A stretch of DNA of 63,995 nucleotides, counting the filler, from Circinaria calcarea (Eukaryota), in NCBI GenBank assembly GCA_051942165.1. It is 11 parts of 11 records of this genome, joined end to end, with 100 filler letters (N's around TTAATTAATTAA, not from the genome) between each part and the next. Parts side by side here need not be neighbours in the genome. Positions count along the whole stretch, not along the records: positions 58,658 to 63,995 come from JAVECS010001936.1; 10 more parts are not named here. One strand, 5' to 3'. The position numbers were made by a program, and so were the translations under genes. Within the stretch, counting starts at the first letter, position 1; every line of letters begins with the position of its first letter. This document shows positions 61,374 to 63,995 of this stretch, in pieces. The notes under the pieces were generated by a model that saw only the letters and a list, made by a program, of their open reading frames with translations, had not been told where the DNA came from and did not search any database.

Positions 61374-61473
61374 GAGAAATTTTTTATATTTTTTCGCTTC
61401 AGATTTTACGAATTGGTACTTTAAATTTTCCACATCCGCACTATAAAATTCTTCGAGACATAAAATTTAGATA

Positions 61474-61970
61474 TGTGATATGCTTATTTTTCCATTTTTA
61501 CTTTTAGCCTGGAGAGTGAGCAAGCGCCGCTTTGACTTGAGCCTGGGGTCGACGTAGTTGAGGTCCCATGAGCCTCCCCTGAGCCTGCTCCAGGAAGCTG
61601 ACATAGGGTAGTGGTGCGAAACAGGTAATAGATGCCGGAGCTCGGCTCCGCAGCAGGAGACAACAACTCGGGCAGCAAGCTCGACAGGTAAAGGACAGTC
61701 CTCGAGGCCCAACTTGAAGAAGCTAGTCGCTAGACGCAGTCCTCGAATCCAAACTCGAGTTTACTTTTTAGACGTACGCCTACATACGCACCCCGACCCC
61801 CGACAAGTCAAAGGTGATCGCGGCCCTTCCTTAAGACAACTCCGAATCAAATTCGATGTCGATAGCGCACAAATACTCCAAACTCGTTGGGGGCTCGCCC
61901 AGGATTATGCTGATCACCCAGGGCACCGAAAGATCACACGCGTTGAGCGACAATCACCCGATTCGTGACA
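61474..61970 (-). mobile_element. Possible solo LTR (~497 bp)
   Basis: Minus strand runs TGTCACG...TATCACA (TG..CA ends) around a GC-richer non-coding block; no TSD (AGATA vs CGTTC). Confidence 0.35.
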
Positions 61971-63178
61971 CGTTCAAAGAGGGGTGAGGCAGTGAAAACA
62001 TTTCTGTTGTCTCATTCGGTGTCAGTGGGTGGAGATATAACGTAGGGAATTCCCACTTCTTGATTTCTCTAACACTTAGTTCGACTATCACAATTCAACC
62101 ATTACAGAGTTAGACCCTACAACTATAGCGCTGCCCCCGTTTTGTGACTGCTTCCACGCCGCGTGACGCACTACTCTGACGGATTCCACCCGTCACGAAA
62201 GAGAGATGTGCAACTACGTCCACACTTACTGTGCTCGCTGTGGCCTATTGATGGATACCACAATAAATCGATGCGCCGCAAGACCAGTAGGCCAAAATCA
62301 GGCGCACGCAGGAAATCGAGACCACACCAGCAGTGAAACAGCATCTTGCTAGTGCCTTAATTATCTGATTGCCACGGACTCTAGTTATTCTAGTGCTAGT
62401 TCTAGTTCTTCGGGTAGTTCAACCGGCTAAATTGGATGAGGTAAAAACCATACCTTGATAACTTTGTTTCGCAGACTGAACCATCCTGGGTTCTCACAGG
62501 TTATGTTTGTTTGAAGGTATTGTCTAATGAGATAGGGAGCGCCTGAGGGGGATGCTCCTAAGTTTGGGCGTGGTCAGGGAGGCCTGAGAAAAGGCTCGTA
62601 CAGGAACTGATTGTTATGTATGTCGATGAGATTGATCTAATCCTTTGAATCGACGTGAGGTTTTCGTCCTAATGGTAGTATTTAGTTGTCATCTCACTAC
62701 TTTCATATTGAAGTTTAGAGGCAGTGAGTGGTATGCCTAACCACCTGCTGTCATTCCTCTTTTTAGCCTATCCTCTACTCGGCCAATCTTTGCGCACCCA
62801 TCCTCTGTGCACTTACTTTATCCCTATCCATTCTCTGCTAACTTAAGCTCGCGATGGAAACTTAAATCGAGGTATCAGTGAAGGGCGGCCTCCAACAGTG
62901 TTTTGAAACCAGCTTCAACCCCAAATGCACCTCGCTTGAAAAGGAGATCCGCAAAATCCTGACGTGATTTTTACCTGGAGGGATCCGCTTAAATTCTGGA
63001 AGAATTTTTGGACCCCTTGAGTAGCATTCCAGCGAACATAGGTAGATAGGTTTCAAAGTCGCAAACACTCAGCTGGGAAGCTAGCTCGCTTTCTTCTTTC
63101 AGCGCGACCCACCCTTTGCTTATCCATCTTCTGCTCATCTATCATCCGCTCATTATCCTCTGTGTATCCGTGTTTGGC

Positions 63179-63702
63179 TCACCCATCCTTTACTTGCTCA
63201 TTTTTCTTCCCCGGATCGCCTCCCTCCATGGGTTCCGCCACCCGCATTCCCTCGTCGTATACAGGTGGGTGCATAGCATCAGCAAAATATGGCCGCGGGC
63301 CCTTGTCACACTTTACATCCTTGTATACTCTGCAGCTACCAATGCGTCCAACTTCTTGTTTCTTCGCACATGGTAGACATTTCCTCTTTTGGAGATTTCG
63401 TGAATTGGATGCTGCTTCTGGGCATACTCGTTGCATTCTTCAAATCCGATATCGAAACAGACGAGTGCGTATTTCCGAATGCTAAGTAGTTGAACCATGA
63501 TCAGCCGTGTAGTAAGACCGGCTGCTTCCCGTCCGATGTTCTTCAGCATTGCGCTACTGATTGCCTTAGCAAGGCCCTCGGCCCAAGCAATGACCCGTTC
63601 AGAATGTCGTGAATCGAGGTTGAACTTCGCCTTGTGAAGGAATCACACGGTGGTGTCCGCCTCTAAAGCTGCGCGAGTGTCAGGAGCAATTTGGACTTCC
63701 AT
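63179..63702 (-). pseudogene. Disrupted hypothetical gene
   Basis: ATG 63702 after a CT-rich box; MEVQIAPDTRAALEADTTV*FLHKAKF... stays open for ~110 codons after the TGA at 63643-63645, then stops or frameshifts near 63313. Confidence 0.45.
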
Positions 63703-63995
63703 ATCGGATTTTCGAGGCGCGTTATGGGAGAATGGGCAGAGTATAAATAGGTGAAGGAGAAGGAGAGGCAGAGAAGGCATTTGTGTCACTGCGCGCCTAG
63801 TCACTACAGCCTACTCTAGAAGAGTAGTCCCAAAGTAGTTAATGTGGTAGGAAACCTGTTGCAATTAAACGATTACGAATAATAATTTTAAAAAAAAACT
63901 AATTTGAACGAAATATTAAACGGGTATTTAATATATATATAATCGTGGTAGATATTATATTAAATATAATTCAGGGTGTAAGGATCCTTTACGAA

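Overview
Eukaryotic DNA from a filamentous ascomycete (Pezizomycotina-type genes with short GT-AG introns and CTRAC branch sites). It is not one locus. Ten identical artificial 100-bp spacers (44 N + TTAATTAATTAA + 44 N) join 11 contigs, and the nine internal contigs are sorted by length (5773 down to 5755 bp), so gene neighbourhoods only mean something inside a contig. Most contigs carry ordinary genes: SWI6/cdc10, ILV5 (5' end), a Pil1/Lsp1-family gene, GH20 hexosaminidase, VPS16, ATG18, PPM2/TYW4, HIS3-THR1-ADE5,7-TIM8, sugar transporters, a Zn2Cys6 factor and tRNA-Val(AAC). Accessory material is concentrated in 35218-46842 and 61400-63995. The best candidate for something undescribed is a ~2-kb unit at 35886-37921. 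It holds an intronless 427-aa coiled-coil ORF with a HEPN-like R-N-x3-H motif and a convergent 26-aa F-box-like micro-ORF, is bracketed by two GC-rich hairpins, and lies among transposon-end-like repeats next to a broken MFS gene. Other highlights are a Mutator-type foldback element with a 9-bp TSD, a HeLo-like/ubiquitin-like gene frameshifted by a 13-bp duplication, a decayed Pol X copy and a Pth11-rhodopsin/FucP-MFS fusion. All family calls come from motif recognition by eye; no searches were run.
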